From a virus (lineage: Duplodnaviria > Caudoviricetes), in IMG/VR virus record IMGVR_UViG_3300033273_000069, positions 1-55,280 of that record: a stretch of DNA of 55,280 nucleotides, one strand, 5' to 3'. Position numbers and translations under genes: made by a program. Each line of letters starts with the position of its first letter. Positions within the stretch are counted from its first letter, which is position 1. This document shows, one piece after another, positions 1 through 8,272 of the stretch. The notes under the pieces were generated by a model. That model was given only the letters and a program-made list of their open reading frames with translations, was not told where the DNA came from and ran no database searches.

Positions 1-429
1 ATACTTGCACGCGATCTCGCGTCGCAAGGGCTGCATCGTGCGTCAATGGCGCACGAGGACAGTCGCAAAGCACTCGATGAACTGAGACACGCAGTCAACA
101 TGTTTGACGCGATCCTGTTCGACAAGCCGATGGTGCACGATGAACCCGAGGATGCGACGCCGATCCCCGATCTTCCCGACCTACCCGAAAGGGCGCAAGG
201 GCCAGCCTTACACCACATGAAGGATGGGATACACGTTTATTCGTTCATCGACAACATAGGTGTCGTGATCAACTCGCGTCGTCACCTAGACTACGACGAC
301 CTTGATGCGCTGTACGAAGATGCGCACACGATGTACGGGCTGCGGTTGACCAAGGTGCCGTCACACAACGGGCACCTATATCGCGACCCGAACACAGCCA
401 ATTTCAGTTACACGGAGGATAACGCATGA
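1..429 (+). CDS. Early hypothetical protein; N-terminus probably encoded at 55257-55280 across the circular junction
   Basis: Frame 1 is open from base 1 (ILARDLASQG...) to the stop at 429; 55257-55280 has AGGAG RBS + ATG and exactly 8 codons. Confidence 0.7.
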   Translation: MLARDLASQGLHRASMAHEDSRKALDELRHAVNMFDAILFDKPMVHDEPEDATPIPDLPDLPERAQGPALHHMKDGIHVYSFIDNIGVVINSRRHLDYDDLDALYEDAHTMYGLRLTKVPSHNGHLYRDPNTANFSYTEDNA

Positions 430-701
430 GAGTAAACCCATTTCGACCAGTCGAAATCCGATACGGCGCCCCATTGGGGCGCGACGGAGGTCGCAAAGCA
501 ATCGACCCAACCAAGCGTATATGCGCACGTTGGGGGTACGGATGCGAAGGATACGACAGTGGTGGTGCCTATTGGGGCGCACCACAAAATATCTGGGCAG
601 TCTGGAATGCAGGCGACCACGAAACAATCAAGTACATACGCGCATGGGACAGAGCCGATGCGCTGAAACAAGCACTCAAAACTACGGAGGATAACACATG
701 A
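426..701 (+). CDS. Conserved phage early protein of unknown function (YGAPxGR / GYDxGGAYWG motifs)
   Basis: GGAGG RBS, ATGA overlap with the upstream stop, motif-rich 91-aa ORF. Confidence 0.8.
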   Translation: MRVNPFRPVEIRYGAPLGRDGGRKAIDPTKRICARWGYGCEGYDSGGAYWGAPQNIWAVWNAGDHETIKYIRAWDRADALKQALKTTEDNT

Positions 702-904
702 ATACGTACGAGAGATGGGAGCGCCAGTGGTTTGCGCTCCACGCCGACCATTGCCTGCACCGACTAGGCGATCATGGCGACAAAGAAGCAGCGCAAGACA
801 CAGCATTCGACCTTGGATTAGGCGAGTGCATAATCATTGACGCAGACGAAGCAGCGCAATGGGAAGCAGTAATCACACATGTAAAAAAGGAGACACAATC
901 ATGA
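698..904 (+). CDS. Hypothetical early protein
   Basis: GGAGG RBS, ATGA coupling on both ends. Confidence 0.75.
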   Translation: MNTYERWERQWFALHADHCLHRLGDHGDKEAAQDTAFDLGLGECIIIDADEAAQWEAVITHVKKETQS

Positions 905-1068
905 AGTACACAGTAAGCGTAACGCTTTGTGAAGAAGTACACGAAGCAGACACACCCAAGGAGGCGAAACAGGCGTTCATACGCAACTTCGTGCTTGGCG
1001 ATCTCGCCTACGGCAACTGGAAAATCGAAGTGAAGGAGGTGAAGCATGACACCACAGACATGCAATGA
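901..1068 (+). CDS. Hypothetical early protein (MKYTVSVTL...)
   Basis: AGGAG RBS before ATG 901; start re-assigned from the ORF track. Confidence 0.7.
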   Translation: MKYTVSVTLCEEVHEADTPKEAKQAFIRNFVLGDLAYGNWKIEVKEVKHDTTDMQ

Positions 1069-1279
1069 CTGCGGCGATAGCGTCGCATGGGGCAGCGGTA
1101 AATTCGTGAACCGCGTACCCGCAGACGATGGTTGGATGTGCGCTGATTGCCAAGCAATCGAGTGCGACAACTGCGATACGCCCACGATTGAGTGGGGCCA
1201 CCCGAAGCACGACAACACACAGGTATGGTGCTGTGATTGCTTGGATGAACACAACGCATGGGAGGAAGAAAATGCCTAA
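1046..1279 (+). CDS. Small Cys-rich (multiple CxxC) putative zinc-finger protein
   Basis: Four CxxC-type pairs; GGAGG RBS. Confidence 0.75.
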   Translation: MTPQTCNDCGDSVAWGSGKFVNRVPADDGWMCADCQAIECDNCDTPTIEWGHPKHDNTQVWCCDCLDEHNAWEEENA

Positions 1280-1478
1280 AGTGAGATCATACGCGATCAT
1301 GGAGATCGACTTGGAATGGGAGGGTCACGTACCCGACGACGTACCCGAAGATGAGCGTTGGCTCTGGATCAAAGAAAACGTGGACGGTGGCGAGTTCACC
1401 GACACGCAATGCGGATCGTGGACATGGGGTCACGATGTTGACGTCATCGAGGACGATCCACCCGCAGCCACGGAGTAA
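1272..1478 (+). CDS. Small acidic hypothetical protein (MPKVRSY...)
   Basis: GGAGG RBS before ATG 1272; overlaps the upstream stop. Confidence 0.7.
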   Translation: MPKVRSYAIMEIDLEWEGHVPDDVPEDERWLWIKENVDGGEFTDTQCGSWTWGHDVDVIEDDPPAATE

Positions 1479-1507
1479 CATGTAGGCATAGGTAAGGAGG
1501 TTACACT

Positions 1508-1867
1508 ATGAAGCCTGCACTATTTGTTTTCGCCGACGATCATGGAAGCAACTGCGTTTACGTACACAAGTGCGACGACGACCTAGCTTACGACATGATT
1601 ACCCGAACAGTGACGCACGAATGGGCACCAAGCATGGAGCAGTTTGATCCAAGCGAGTACACAGCCCTGTTCGTAGTGGCGAACAAGAAAGCCCCATTCG
1701 ATATGATCGTGACTGGTAAGTTCGATGAAACCAGTGACGACTACGCTGACATCGAAGCCGTGTACGAGATCGGCAAGACGAGGGATGGCAAAGCGATCCG
1801 CGTCTTAGCCGTGAGCAACGAGCAAGACACAGCGATCTGGGAACTACGAAAGATGGTTCTCCACTAA
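1508..1867 (+). CDS. Hypothetical protein
   Basis: Strong TAAGGAGG RBS, 119-aa ORF. Confidence 0.8.
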   Translation: MKPALFVFADDHGSNCVYVHKCDDDLAYDMITRTVTHEWAPSMEQFDPSEYTALFVVANKKAPFDMIVTGKFDETSDDYADIEAVYEIGKTRDGKAIRVLAVSNEQDTAIWELRKMVLH

Positions 1868-1924
1868 CTCTACACGTACGCCCGACCAGAATATCAAAGA
1901 TATTCTGAGGAACTTAGAGCTATG

Positions 1925-1955
1925 GATTTCGGCATTCCGCCGAGGTCTGTTTTCT
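1925..1955 (+). terminator. Putative intrinsic terminator
   Basis: GATTTCGGC-attcc-GCCGAGGTC stem (with G-U pairs) followed by TGTTTTCT. Confidence 0.55.
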
Positions 1956-1973
1956 GCTGTCCGCAGATTAAAC

Positions 1974-2009
1974 TTGACACATCGTACGTTGTGTCGGATA
2001 CACTACAAC
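1974..2009 (+). promoter_or_regulatory. Sigma70-like promoter with overlapping palindrome/operator upstream of the cobS-like gene
   Basis: TTGACA at 1974, near-perfect palindrome GACACATCGTACGTTGTGTC (1976-1995), TGTGT-N3-ATACA-CTAC box at 1990-2006. Confidence 0.6.
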
Positions 2010-2030
2010 CTGACAACCATGAGGTATCAA

Positions 2031-3614
2031 ATGTCAAACTCAACAGTTACAGTTCAAGAAATCCTTAACACCCACAATGCTCGTGATACGCAGCGTATCC
2101 TACGAGACTACATCGTCCACGAAACCCGTCACTTCCATGACGAGTGGGCGGCTATTGTCGAGGCAGCCAAGAACTCTCGGCTCGTCAATCATGATCACCC
2201 AAACTCTCGCAAGATGCGTAGCGTAAGCCAGTCGCAGATACTGGATCGCATGAACGTGGACGCGTTGGCTATCATGATTAACCTGATGAACGAGGGTGAC
2301 TACGCAGAAGCACTGGAAACACTCAAGTTCCAGTTCGAACACAGAGGCGTAGATCACATCACGATCTGGCCCTTCTACTTAGAAGCGCCCGACCTTGATC
2401 ACGTTGTGTTGAACGTAGACGCGGACGACGTAACGCCCGACACCGATGGTGAGGCCGAGGCGGAGCCAGAGGCCGAGCCTTCTGGTGCGTACAACGTGAA
2501 GGACGATATTGCGTCGGCTGCGAACGTGTTGCTACGTGCCGCAACCAATGGCGAGATGGACGATCTGCAAGCGTTGCTCGATGAGGTCGTGGAGCTACGC
2601 AACAAGCCTAGCTTCGCACCGCTTCCACAGGTGCAAGCGTCTGGTACGATCCCATTCGGTGCACCCATACGCAAGAATGCGCAAGAGGTGTTCGGCATCG
2701 ACAGCGAACTGCTCGACTTCGACATCAACACGTACGAGTGGGACGGTGACAATCCGTTGGTGCCACGCAAGGACGAGAACTACATCTTCAACGTGGACAA
2801 TCTGCACGACGTGTTGTGGGCCAAAGAGAACGGCGAGAACGCATGGCTGACTGGTCACACTGGCACAGGCAAGTCCACGTTCATCGCTCAAGTCTGTGCG
2901 TACACTGGCTACATGATGGTGCGTGTCAACATGGACAGTGCGATTGAACGCCCTGACTTCGTTGGTTCGATGGCTGTCACGACCGATGATGATGGCAACA
3001 CAGTCACACGGTTCAAGGACGGCATCTTGCCCAAGGCGATGCAGCAACCATGCGTGTTGTTGCTTGACGAGATAGATGCTGTACGCGCTGACATCGCATA
3101 CGTGATGCAGCCTGTCCTTGAGGGTCAGCCGTTGCGCTTGCTTGAGGATGGTGGTCGTGTGGTTCACCCACATCCTGACTTCCACATCGTCGCTACTGCC
3201 AACACCACTGGTGCAGGCGATAGCTCGGGCATGTACGCAAGTGCGGTCAAGGTTCAGTCTCGTGCGCTTATCAACCGCTTCAGCACGTTCGTCAGTGTGG
3301 GCTACCTACCCATCGACGACGAGATGCAGTTGGTTCGCAATGCTGCGCCCAACATCAGCGACGAAGCGATGGGCATGATCAAAGACTTCGTGAGTACGTA
3401 CCGCTTGGGCTTCCACGATGGAACGATTGCGACACCCATCTCGCCTCGTAACACCACCACGATTGGCAAGTACGTGAGCAGCATCGAGGGCCGTGTCGGT
3501 GCGACCGATGCAGTACGTCGTGCGCTCAACATGAACGTGATGCTGACCGTCGATGAGGGCGACGCCATTGCCGTGACAGGCATCATGGATCGCATCTCTG
3601 GTCAACCATTCTAA
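2031..3614 (+). CDS. CobS/MoxR-like AAA+ ATPase with long N-terminal extension
   Basis: Walker A GHTGTGKS, Walker B LLLDEID, ATANT sensor, ALINRF arginine finger; GAGG RBS before ATG 2031. Confidence 0.9.
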   Translation: MSNSTVTVQEILNTHNARDTQRILRDYIVHETRHFHDEWAAIVEAAKNSRLVNHDHPNSRKMRSVSQSQILDRMNVDALAIMINLMNEGDYAEALETLKFQFEHRGVDHITIWPFYLEAPDLDHVVLNVDADDVTPDTDGEAEAEPEAEPSGAYNVKDDIASAANVLLRAATNGEMDDLQALLDEVVELRNKPSFAPLPQVQASGTIPFGAPIRKNAQEVFGIDSELLDFDINTYEWDGDNPLVPRKDENYIFNVDNLHDVLWAKENGENAWLTGHTGTGKSTFIAQVCAYTGYMMVRVNMDSAIERPDFVGSMAVTTDDDGNTVTRFKDGILPKAMQQPCVLLLDEIDAVRADIAYVMQPVLEGQPLRLLEDGGRVVHPHPDFHIVATANTTGAGDSSGMYASAVKVQSRALINRFSTFVSVGYLPIDDEMQLVRNAAPNISDEAMGMIKDFVSTYRLGFHDGTIATPISPRNTTTIGKYVSSIEGRVGATDAVRRALNMNVMLTVDEGDAIAVTGIMDRISGQPF

Positions 3615-3642
3615 TCAATCTCAACATTCACAGGAGACACAC

Positions 3643-5622
3643 ATGTTTTCACAAAATTCAGTATCCGCATTGGCGACAGAGTTGGAAAAACTTTCTCGCA
3701 TCATGGGTGGCAAAGACATACGTACCCAGTTCAAGGGCGACCGTGCGTTCACCGATGGTAAGTTCATCAATGTTCCTGCGATGGACTTGACCGCCGAGCT
3801 TGACCCTACCCACCAAGCAATCATGCGTGGCTACCACATACATGAGGTCAGCCACGTAACAGACACAGACTTTGGCATGTTCCAGAAGCGTGGCATCAAC
3901 AAGATCAAGAGCATCTGGAACTGTTCCGAGGATGTGTTCGTAGAACGCAAGGCGATCCAGAAGTTTGCGGGTGCCCGCAAGAATTTGCAGGAGACAGTGC
4001 AACACGTACTGGCGAACGAGCAACAGTTCCGCAAGGACAATCCTGATCACCCACAGGTCAAGCGTACACGTTGGTGGTCTGAGATACCCTACGCTGCGCT
4101 TCAGCAAGCACGTAAGCAGATGGGGTACGAGAGCGAGGCACTTGATGAGTACCTGTCGGGCTTACCCAAGGAGTTGGCTCGTGAGGCTCGCAAGTTTGCC
4201 AAGCGTATGATCGAGGCTGACAGCAGCGAGGAAGCAGTGAAGGTTGCTCGTGCCATGAAGCGACGCATGGACAAGTTGGGTACACCCGAGGAAGAGCAGC
4301 AAGAGCAGCAGCAAGACGGTGGCATGGCTACGTCATCAGACGATGGACAGCAGCAAGGCGATGGTGGCGACGACAACACCAACGACGAGACTGACGACGA
4401 CGGTGACGAGCAAGGCGATGGCAATCGTACGAACGACGACGACAGCGACGGCGATGATGAAGGCGACGACGGCAGCGGCAGCGGCAGCGGTGACGGCGAC
4501 GAGGACACTGACGACGACGGCAGCGACGACAGTGGCAGCGACGGCGACGCTGATGGTGACGACGGTGGCGACGGTGATGCTGACGAGGACTTCGACCTTG
4601 AGGCTGCGCAAAATCGTGCCGACGAGGCAATGCAGGAACTGTTTGGCAAGTACAACACAGGCACGAGCGACATCAACCAGAACCTTGCACCAATCTTTCG
4701 TACGCATGTCGAGTATTGGGATTACCTACATGACTTGTACCACAATACACCCAACACGAAAGAGGCTCGTGAGTTAGCTGACGTTTGGCGTCAAGAGGTG
4801 ATAGATATTACTGCCAGACAAGCTGCGAAAGAGCACACAAACGATGCCAAGCGGTTAATCAGTGACGATGTACGCCAGTACAGCGCACGACTTGCTCGGT
4901 TGTTGTTGGCGCAGGAAGATCGTCGTAATGAGGGCGGTTACGCAAGCGGTCGCATTGATCGTCGTCGGTTGAGCCAGTTGGTTGCAGGCAACACCAATGT
5001 GTTTGCACGTCCACATGTGACACGTACGAGCGAGACACGCATCATGATTGCGGTCGATGGTTCGGGCAGCATGAATGCATCACGAACAAGACAGGCAATA
5101 CTCGCAATCAATTCGTGCCTTGGTCGTGCAGGGGTCAAGTTCGATATTGTCGAGTGGACGCAGACCACACTCAGAAGAGGCAAAGGGAACACAGCCCGAA
5201 ACAATACTGGCCTGATCTATCACAAGACTGCGAGTGATAGCTGGCGCACGATTGACACTGAGTTTGACTTCCAACCCGTCGGTGGCAGTACGCCCACGTA
5301 CTCTGCGATACTGTCGGTGTCACGCATCATGGCTGAGTGGACTGAGCCTCGTCGCATCTGTTTGTTCGTGACTGATGGGGTGCCGAACGGTTGGACAGTC
5401 GGTGAAGGCGAGGCTGTTGGTGAGCACGTAAGTGCCATGCGCAAGGCCGACATCGAAGTGTACGGCATTGGGATCGGCACCAACTGCAATATCACCCAGA
5501 AGATCATGACGGATATGTTTGACACGCACGTTGTGCATACCGACTTTGAGAAACTTGGCGAGACGATGCTTGGCGGCATCGAGCGCCTATTGATTGCAGA
5601 GGGTCACGCTCATGCCGCGTGA
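3643..5622 (+). CDS. CobT-like protein: N-terminal HExxH domain, Asp/Gly-rich linker, C-terminal vWA domain
   Basis: HEVSH motif, GRIDRRRL motif, MIDAS DGSGS...T...TDG; directly follows the AAA+ gene. Confidence 0.88.
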   Translation: MFSQNSVSALATELEKLSRIMGGKDIRTQFKGDRAFTDGKFINVPAMDLTAELDPTHQAIMRGYHIHEVSHVTDTDFGMFQKRGINKIKSIWNCSEDVFVERKAIQKFAGARKNLQETVQHVLANEQQFRKDNPDHPQVKRTRWWSEIPYAALQQARKQMGYESEALDEYLSGLPKELAREARKFAKRMIEADSSEEAVKVARAMKRRMDKLGTPEEEQQEQQQDGGMATSSDDGQQQGDGGDDNTNDETDDDGDEQGDGNRTNDDDSDGDDEGDDGSGSGSGDGDEDTDDDGSDDSGSDGDADGDDGGDGDADEDFDLEAAQNRADEAMQELFGKYNTGTSDINQNLAPIFRTHVEYWDYLHDLYHNTPNTKEARELADVWRQEVIDITARQAAKEHTNDAKRLISDDVRQYSARLARLLLAQEDRRNEGGYASGRIDRRRLSQLVAGNTNVFARPHVTRTSETRIMIAVDGSGSMNASRTRQAILAINSCLGRAGVKFDIVEWTQTTLRRGKGNTARNNTGLIYHKTASDSWRTIDTEFDFQPVGGSTPTYSAILSVSRIMAEWTEPRRICLFVTDGVPNGWTVGEGEAVGEHVSAMRKADIEVYGIGIGTNCNITQKIMTDMFDTHVVHTDFEKLGETMLGGIERLLIAEGHAHAA

Positions 5623-5932
5623 CCTGAAGCTACCCACCCGCTTTGATCACAAGGTTTCACCCAAGATGAAACGCGAATGGTATCGGCTGGCTGATGGCTG
5701 GCGACCCCATTCGTGGTGGTGGCATGTGGCGTACGTCATCCGTCTAAAGCGCGTACGCCACGCAGATGAAGAAAAGATCACCCGCATAATGCGGTTGGTC
5801 GATCAACAACTTCCACATCTACAGGAGGATTACACCCGTGGAGGCAATAACACAAGCAGTGCTCTGCCTAGCTATGAACGTATATCACGAGGCGAGATCA
5901 GAGGATATGTTGGGACAACTCGCCGTGGCTGA
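5612..5932 (+). CDS. Hypothetical basic, Trp-rich protein
   Basis: ATG overlapping the cobT-like stop; 3' end overlaps the next gene by ~95 nt. Confidence 0.55.
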   Translation: MPRDLKLPTRFDHKVSPKMKREWYRLADGWRPHSWWWHVAYVIRLKRVRHADEEKITRIMRLVDQQLPHLQEDYTRGGNNTSSALPSYERISRGEIRGYVGTTRRG

Positions 5933-6230
5933 AGTCACGCTCAATCGAGTAGAGAGCGAGAGGTATCCCGACAACATATGCGACGTCGTGTGGCAGCGGA
6001 AACAATTTTCGTGGACGCATGACGGCAAGAGCGATGTTCCCAGGGACAAAGTTGCCTGGGAACGAGCGCTGTACGTAGCACGTATAGCAATCGAAACCGA
6101 GGACATGGCAGTGGTTGGCGATGGTGTCACTCACTACCACGCCGAGTACGTAACGCCGTACTGGACGACATCCTACACGAGAGTTGCCAAAGTAGGCAGC
6201 CACATTTTCTACAAGCGAGGACAGACATGA
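5838..6230 (+). CDS. SleB/Hydrolase_2 cell-wall hydrolase
   Basis: CLAMNVYHEARSE, VTLNRV, QFSWT, THYHA, VGSHIFY motifs; AGGAGG RBS. Confidence 0.92.
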   Translation: MEAITQAVLCLAMNVYHEARSEDMLGQLAVAEVTLNRVESERYPDNICDVVWQRKQFSWTHDGKSDVPRDKVAWERALYVARIAIETEDMAVVGDGVTHYHAEYVTPYWTTSYTRVAKVGSHIFYKRGQT

Positions 6231-6394
6231 ACGACGCAGACAAAATTTTGAAGAGACTAGACCGTAAGCTGGAGCTTATGAAGATGGACGCGAAAGCGAA
6301 AGGCGATGCGGTCAAGTACGACATTGATGAATGCCTTACACTTGTGAGTATGCTTGAGCGTACTGTTAATCGTACGGTTGGAGAGCAGCAATGA
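6227..6394 (+). CDS. Small coiled-coil hypothetical protein (55 aa, not in ORF track)
   Basis: MNDADKILKRLDRKLEL...; GAGG RBS, ATGA coupling at both ends. Confidence 0.7.
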   Translation: MNDADKILKRLDRKLELMKMDAKAKGDAVKYDIDECLTLVSMLERTVNRTVGEQQ

Positions 6395-6771
6395 CGGACT
6401 ACAATCAAGATGACGTCTTGCGCGAGAAGATTTTGGCGTTTGAACGCGAACAAGTGAAGAAGAAGTTACGGCCCCGACTGCCATGCGACATGGCAGGAAG
6501 GGAGCTTTCGTACAGCGAGAGGCAATCACAGGAGCGGTCGATTGAGAAGAAGGATCGACGCAACGACGTGTATAAGGAAATCCTGAATGTGATGGGCGAG
6601 ACTGAACTTCTGAACAGCAGGGATATTGCCAACCGTACAGTATACAACACCCAAACGGTTGCGAACTTTATGCGGTTCATGGTGAAGGAAGAATTGGTCG
6701 CGAAGATACCAAGATACGATAGCAATGGGAGCACTTGGGCGTACGTAAAGACTGGCAAGAAGGTGCGGTGA
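6391..6771 (+). CDS. Putative winged-helix DNA-binding protein
   Basis: LNSRDIANRTVYNTQTVANFMRFMVKEELV HTH-like segment followed by a beta-wing. Confidence 0.65.
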   Translation: MTDYNQDDVLREKILAFEREQVKKKLRPRLPCDMAGRELSYSERQSQERSIEKKDRRNDVYKEILNVMGETELLNSRDIANRTVYNTQTVANFMRFMVKEELVAKIPRYDSNGSTWAYVKTGKKVR

Positions 6772-6772
6772 T

Positions 6773-7051
6773 TTGAACGACGAACCTGAAATCAAATACG
6801 TACGCAAGAGATTGTACGTGACCGATGGCAAAGCCCCTGCTTTGAGCATCGACAAGGATGGCTACGTACGCTGCGGGATTACGGCGGACATGACCGAGAA
6901 TGACATGGTTGTACTGGGACTGACGCTCGCGTTGAAGAACAAGGACTGGAAGCAGATGCTGATCGAACGCGTGAAGGGCGAACTGGTTGGGGCTACGACA
7001 CCCACAAGCAGGGCAGCGAGAGTGATGAACTTGTTGAAGGGCGGCGACTAG
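6773..7051 (+). CDS. Hypothetical protein
   Basis: 92-aa ORF closing the early operon, followed by a terminator. Confidence 0.7.
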   Translation: MNDEPEIKYVRKRLYVTDGKAPALSIDKDGYVRCGITADMTENDMVVLGLTLALKNKDWKQMLIERVKGELVGATTPTSRAARVMNLLKGGD

Positions 7052-7064
7052 CCGCTCTTTTTTT
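7039..7064 (+). terminator. Intrinsic terminator of the early operon
   Basis: GGGCGGC-gacta-GCCGCTC followed by T7. Confidence 0.8.
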
Positions 7065-7107
7065 GTATATACATTCGTGTATATGGGGGCACCCGAGAAG
7101 GCCCACG

Positions 7108-7143
7108 AAAAAATGGGGCGCTCAGTGACCAACTGAACGCCCC
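7108..7143 (-). terminator. Intrinsic terminator for the - strand transcript
   Basis: On -: GGGGCGTTCAG...CTGAGCGCCCC followed by ATTTTTT. Confidence 0.75.
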
Positions 7144-7315
7144 GATAAAATACATTCCTGTTGCAACAAGAACGGTGCAGTCTCAGGGCCAAGGAGTGTA
7201 AACAGCCTTTACTACACTGACATGGTTGACGCACTCATGCCTTACGTTTGCAGGGAATGCCAAGCCCTGCGATGATTGATGCCCCTGTGAGGGACAATAG
7301 AGGGCATCAATTCCA

Positions 7316-8017
7316 CTACACAACCACGGTTGGGTTGAGTTGTTCCATGCGACGTCCGTAAACGAGAGACGTGTGCGCTTTTCCCTCAGAGTTGTGTGTT
7401 GTGTATCTGGCCTCCACCAGTTTACCCGCCCGAGCGAGAACGTCGCAACGACTTTGGACTTTGGTGTAGCATCCGTGTTGCGTCTCGTTCATAGACTTTA
7501 GAGGGACAGGATTTATCGAGAGGACAGACCATAAGACGTCTACGAAACCCATCGGATTTACATCCAAAACCTCGAGTATCATGTCGTCTAAGTCAGAGTT
7601 GTCCATGTTCAGCAGAAGAGTAAACATTTGATCGCGCATTGTACGCAGATCGGGTGTGGCAGTCACAGGCTCCACAACTTTTTCTGGTTGTGTAGGTGTG
7701 ACAACTTCGGGCGCAAATTCTTCTGCGGCGTAGTCGTCTTTCTCGACGACTTCTTCTTCTTCATCTTCGTCTGGCACAAGAACTGTGTTCTCGTGATCCT
7801 GATGTAAGCGTACTGCAATCCAATGTGCAATGTGCTGACGCTCTGGATAGTTAGGGCGTAGTGTTGCGTGGTACTTGTCTCCTTTGCGCACGTCACAGGC
7901 TTCCGCCATCGCGACTGAGATGTAACAGTTCTCGCCATCATCCGTGAGTGAATACGCAGAACCGATACGTGTTACGTTAGTTATTTCGATTACTTTAGAT
8001 GTGTATGTGATCATCAT
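7316..8017 (-). CDS. Hypothetical protein: OB/cold-shock-like N-terminal domain, acidic linker, possible winged-helix C-terminus
   Basis: ITNVTRIGSAYSLTDDGENCYIS...KGD pattern; start re-assigned to ATG 8017 because the upstream extension runs into attP. Confidence 0.7.
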   Translation of the reverse strand: MMITYTSKVIEITNVTRIGSAYSLTDDGENCYISVAMAEACDVRKGDKYHATLRPNYPERQHIAHWIAVRLHQDHENTVLVPDEDEEEEVVEKDDYAAEEFAPEVVTPTQPEKVVEPVTATPDLRTMRDQMFTLLLNMDNSDLDDMILEVLDVNPMGFVDVLWSVLSINPVPLKSMNETQHGCYTKVQSRCDVLARAGKLVEARYTTHNSEGKAHTSLVYGRRMEQLNPTVVV

Positions 8018-8132
8018 TCTTAACCCAGTAATGTGTGTGCAACACAATAGTTGCGGTGATGTTTGAACCAAGAGTTGTGTACTCTTGGGTTGCTCAATGA
8101 ACACCGAAAGTTAAATGAAGATTTTGGGAAAA

Positions 8133-8174
8133 CCCTTAGCAGGGGAGCGCCTTCGACCACTCGGCCACGTTTCC
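8133..8174 (-). tRNA. 5' half of tRNA-Ser(GCT) (fragment) = probable attP core
   Basis: - strand GGAAACGTGGCCGAGTGGTCGAAGGCGCTCCCCTGCTAAGGG: acceptor 5' strand, D-arm and anticodon loop CTGCTAA; diverges 3 nt after the loop, with no variable or T arm; lies ~100 bp from the integrase stop. Confidence 0.88.
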
Positions 8175-8181
8175 ATGGACG

Positions 8182-8210
8182 GTAATACGCAGTAGGCGTT
8201 TGATGTGCAA
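8182..8210 (-). promoter_or_regulatory. Sigma70-like promoter in front of the tRNA half
   Basis: TTGCAC-N17-TATTAC, 7 nt upstream of the tRNA G1. Confidence 0.7.
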
Positions 8211-8272
8211 GAGAGTTATTCATCTTTCTTCCTACTTAACCTTCGGTGTGTCCTCAAGTTGTGTGGCTGACC

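Larger units (their letters stand above)
8101..8249. repeat. 14-bp inverted repeat flanking the attP core (candidate arm/accessory sites)
   Basis: ACACCGAAAGTTAA (8101-8114) vs TTAACCTTCGGTGT (8236-8249), 13/14 match; AGTTGTGT direct repeats at 8073 and 8257. Confidence 0.6.

Noticed and set aside
1905-1950. Hammerhead ribozyme (CTGAGGA core)
   Set aside because: No downstream GAAA or three-stem junction; the second copy of the motif has TTGAGGA
4101-4777. Several overlapping alternative-frame and antisense ORFs
   Set aside because: Shadows of the GAC/GGC-rich acidic linker of the vWA gene
2031-5622. cobS/cobT as cobalamin auxiliary metabolic genes
   Set aside because: No cobN or other cob genes; the HExxH domain and early context fit generic phage MoxR-vWA pairs, so no gene symbols were assigned
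8100-8174. Functional phage tRNA-Ser
   Set aside because: No variable arm, T-arm or 3' acceptor strand; only a 5' fragment is present
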